Source of the DNA: Negaprion brevirostris
Lineage: Eukaryota
Length of the DNA: 64,000 bases
Direction: 5' to 3'
NCBI GenBank assembly: GCA_030324005.1
Contig: JARDVH010000149.1
Location: 18,536,955-18,600,954, forward strand
Part shown: positions 63,862 through 64,000 of the stretch, piece by piece
How the letters are laid out: every line of letters begins with the position of its first letter
How positions within the stretch are numbered: the stretch's first letter is position 1
The notes under the pieces: model-generated
What the model was told of the DNA's origin: nothing
Seen by the model: the letters and a program-made list of their open reading frames with translations, nothing else
Databases searched by the model: none
Translations under genes and position numbers: made by a program

Positions 63862-64000
63862 GAATTAAGAAGAAACCTCTTTGTTTAGACAATTGTTAGA
63901 ATGTGGAACTTGATATGACGTTGAGTTGTTTAGGTGAATAGTGAAGATACAGTTCAGGGAAAGCAAGGTAAGTAAATGAAAGGCAAAGGAAAGGATCTGA
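63862..64000 (+). mobile_element. CR1 3' fragment running off the window
   Basis: aagaagaaacctctttgt..gttagaatgtggaact..gtgaatagtgaagatacagttcagggaaagc (RRNFF.QR.VR.WN motif). Confidence 0.6.

Noticed and set aside
46500-64000. Exons of the expected downstream neighbour (GAPVD1 in human)
   Set aside because: I found no translatable segment on either strand that I could match.

Overview
Eukaryotic, repeat-rich DNA, most likely from a shark: it carries many HE1-type V-SINEs, Deu-domain SINEs, and CR1 and L2 LINEs. The assembly is a gappy draft with several 100-N and 10-N placeholder gaps. The only host gene I can support is the 3' end of MAPKAP1 (SIN1, mTORC2 subunit) on the + strand. Four GT-AG coding exons (4482-4622, 14178-14315, 33403-33500, 45311-45433) splice in frame into the C-terminal PH-domain region, followed by a 3' UTR and about 18 kb of downstream DNA with no recognisable gene. 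Most ORFs in the supplied track are spurious or TE/gap-derived. The most notable items are: (i) a decayed Penelope-like retroelement with inverted pseudo-LTRs, each carrying a minimal hammerhead ribozyme remnant, inside a MAPKAP1 intron; (ii) an unassigned, CpG-rich, coding-like insert at about 2.9-3.9 kb that could be a viral or TE fossil; (iii) TE-poor intronic blocks with paired PBX-HOX/MEIS motifs, candidate long-range enhancers; (iv) an R-to-K change at the SIN1 position equivalent to human R393. I found no convincing evidence of a wholly new biological system. Family assignments come from recalled consensus motifs, not from database searches.
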